Of a DNA stretch of 64,000 bases, positions 63,011 through 64,000 are shown one piece after another. Source of the DNA: Antedon mediterranea (lineage: Eukaryota; Animalia; Echinodermata); NCBI RefSeq assembly GCF_964355755.1, contig NC_092672.1, positions 3,224,001-3,288,000 on the forward strand, in the 5' to 3' direction. The notes beneath the pieces are model-generated. The model saw nothing but the letters and a program-made list of their open reading frames with translations, was not told the origin of the DNA and searched no databases. Numbering within the stretch: the stretch's first letter is position 1; every line of letters starts with the position of its first letter. Made by a program: the position numbers and the translations under genes.

Positions 63011-64000
63011 TAAATTCTTCTTACATTTAGTAGCAAACTTCATTGTTGAAGGCTACTGCTCTACTGGTTCTATCTTTAGCAATTTTCATAAATTTAACAT
63101 AAACATGATACAAATGATGCCACCAGGACACCCCCCCCCCCCCCTTCAACATATTTGACCTGCCTCCATTCAACCTTCCCCTTCATGGTCATAAGTGCAG
63201 GGTGGTTTCATACTTCCCTCCCTACCACATTATAAGGATGCATTTGTCAAATAAATCTTGATGTAAACCGTTAAAACTTGTCAGTTGTTGTCAGGAATTT
63301 TCGCAATTACTCACAACTGTCATCTATGTTGATATAAATTGTGCAATTATTTTATTGATACCTGAGGGGACAAAAAAATGACGAGCAAGCATAAAGGAAG
63401 AGCCAGAAGCATCTCTGAAAATAACCATAACGAGTTGTACAAAACGTTAATGTATGAATTCTGGCCATGTAGCGAAAATATAAAAAATTAATATTTGCAT
63501 TTTTGGACCTGCAGTAAAAATGTATCAAACTTGAATTGATTATATTCAAATTTTGAATATCGAGTAAAATCTTGATGTTCTTCTTTTCCTAGATGCAGCA
63601 TATATATGTAGTAAGTTTTATAATGTAAGAGTTAATATATTATGATATTATTTATACTATAGCAGCTAATTATTATGCACATGAACTTAACCATAGTTTC
63701 AAAAGACATACAAAATATGATACTTGTACTGTGATTCAAAGAAACTGTATCAATTTCAATCTTCTTCTTTTCTCAGGAGGATTTATAAAAATAGAAAATT
63801 AATAACTAAACTTATTTTATTTAAATTTACTGTAAGAAGCGCTAATTTTATATTTATATCTTGGGTGTATTTTATGGTAATACATAACTATTATAATCAA
63901 CAATTGTTCTCTTGGCTAGACCATGACAAAAGAATTCTCCCTTTCACCAACCAGGGAGCTTAGACAACCACTCTCTCAGCCAATTGTTAAGATTTAAGAT

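Noticed and set aside
63593-63998. Possible coding exons of the gene starting near 60.6 kb
   Set aside because: Splice-like sites exist but joined frames hit stops quickly; cannot support a CDS within the window.

Overview
AT-rich, intron-containing animal (marine invertebrate-like) genomic DNA, not prokaryotic; most ORFs in the supplied track are spurious, and the real genes had to be assembled from exons by hand. Left: a complete 10-coding-exon LIS1/PAFAH1B1 gene (188-6803, +) with a GC-AG intron and a duplicated decoy acceptor. Middle (about 10.4-48.4 kb): a duplication hub made of a direct duplication (10441-16425 vs 38958-47968) wrapped around a large inverted duplication (23296-32218 vs 32630-38731) whose axis lies inside a LINE remnant. 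Each inverted arm carries an apparently intact TMEM216/TMEM80-family ciliary transition-zone gene (micro-exon plus U12-type intron) and a histone H1 derivative. The two TMEM216-like copies differ at 31 amino acids but only 3 purely synonymous codons, and two exons are more diverged than the neighbouring intron, suggesting diversifying selection on a normally conserved gene. Five further orphan exon copies, a Penelope-like retroelement with a hammerhead ribozyme, hAT elements with 5-bp TSDs, paired MULE-like elements, SINEs and MITEs fill the hub. Right: a 6-exon coiled-coil gene (50602-55687, +), an intronless 3-Ig membrane receptor (57728-59098, -) and a probable promoter/5' end of another gene. 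All alignments and counts were made by eye.
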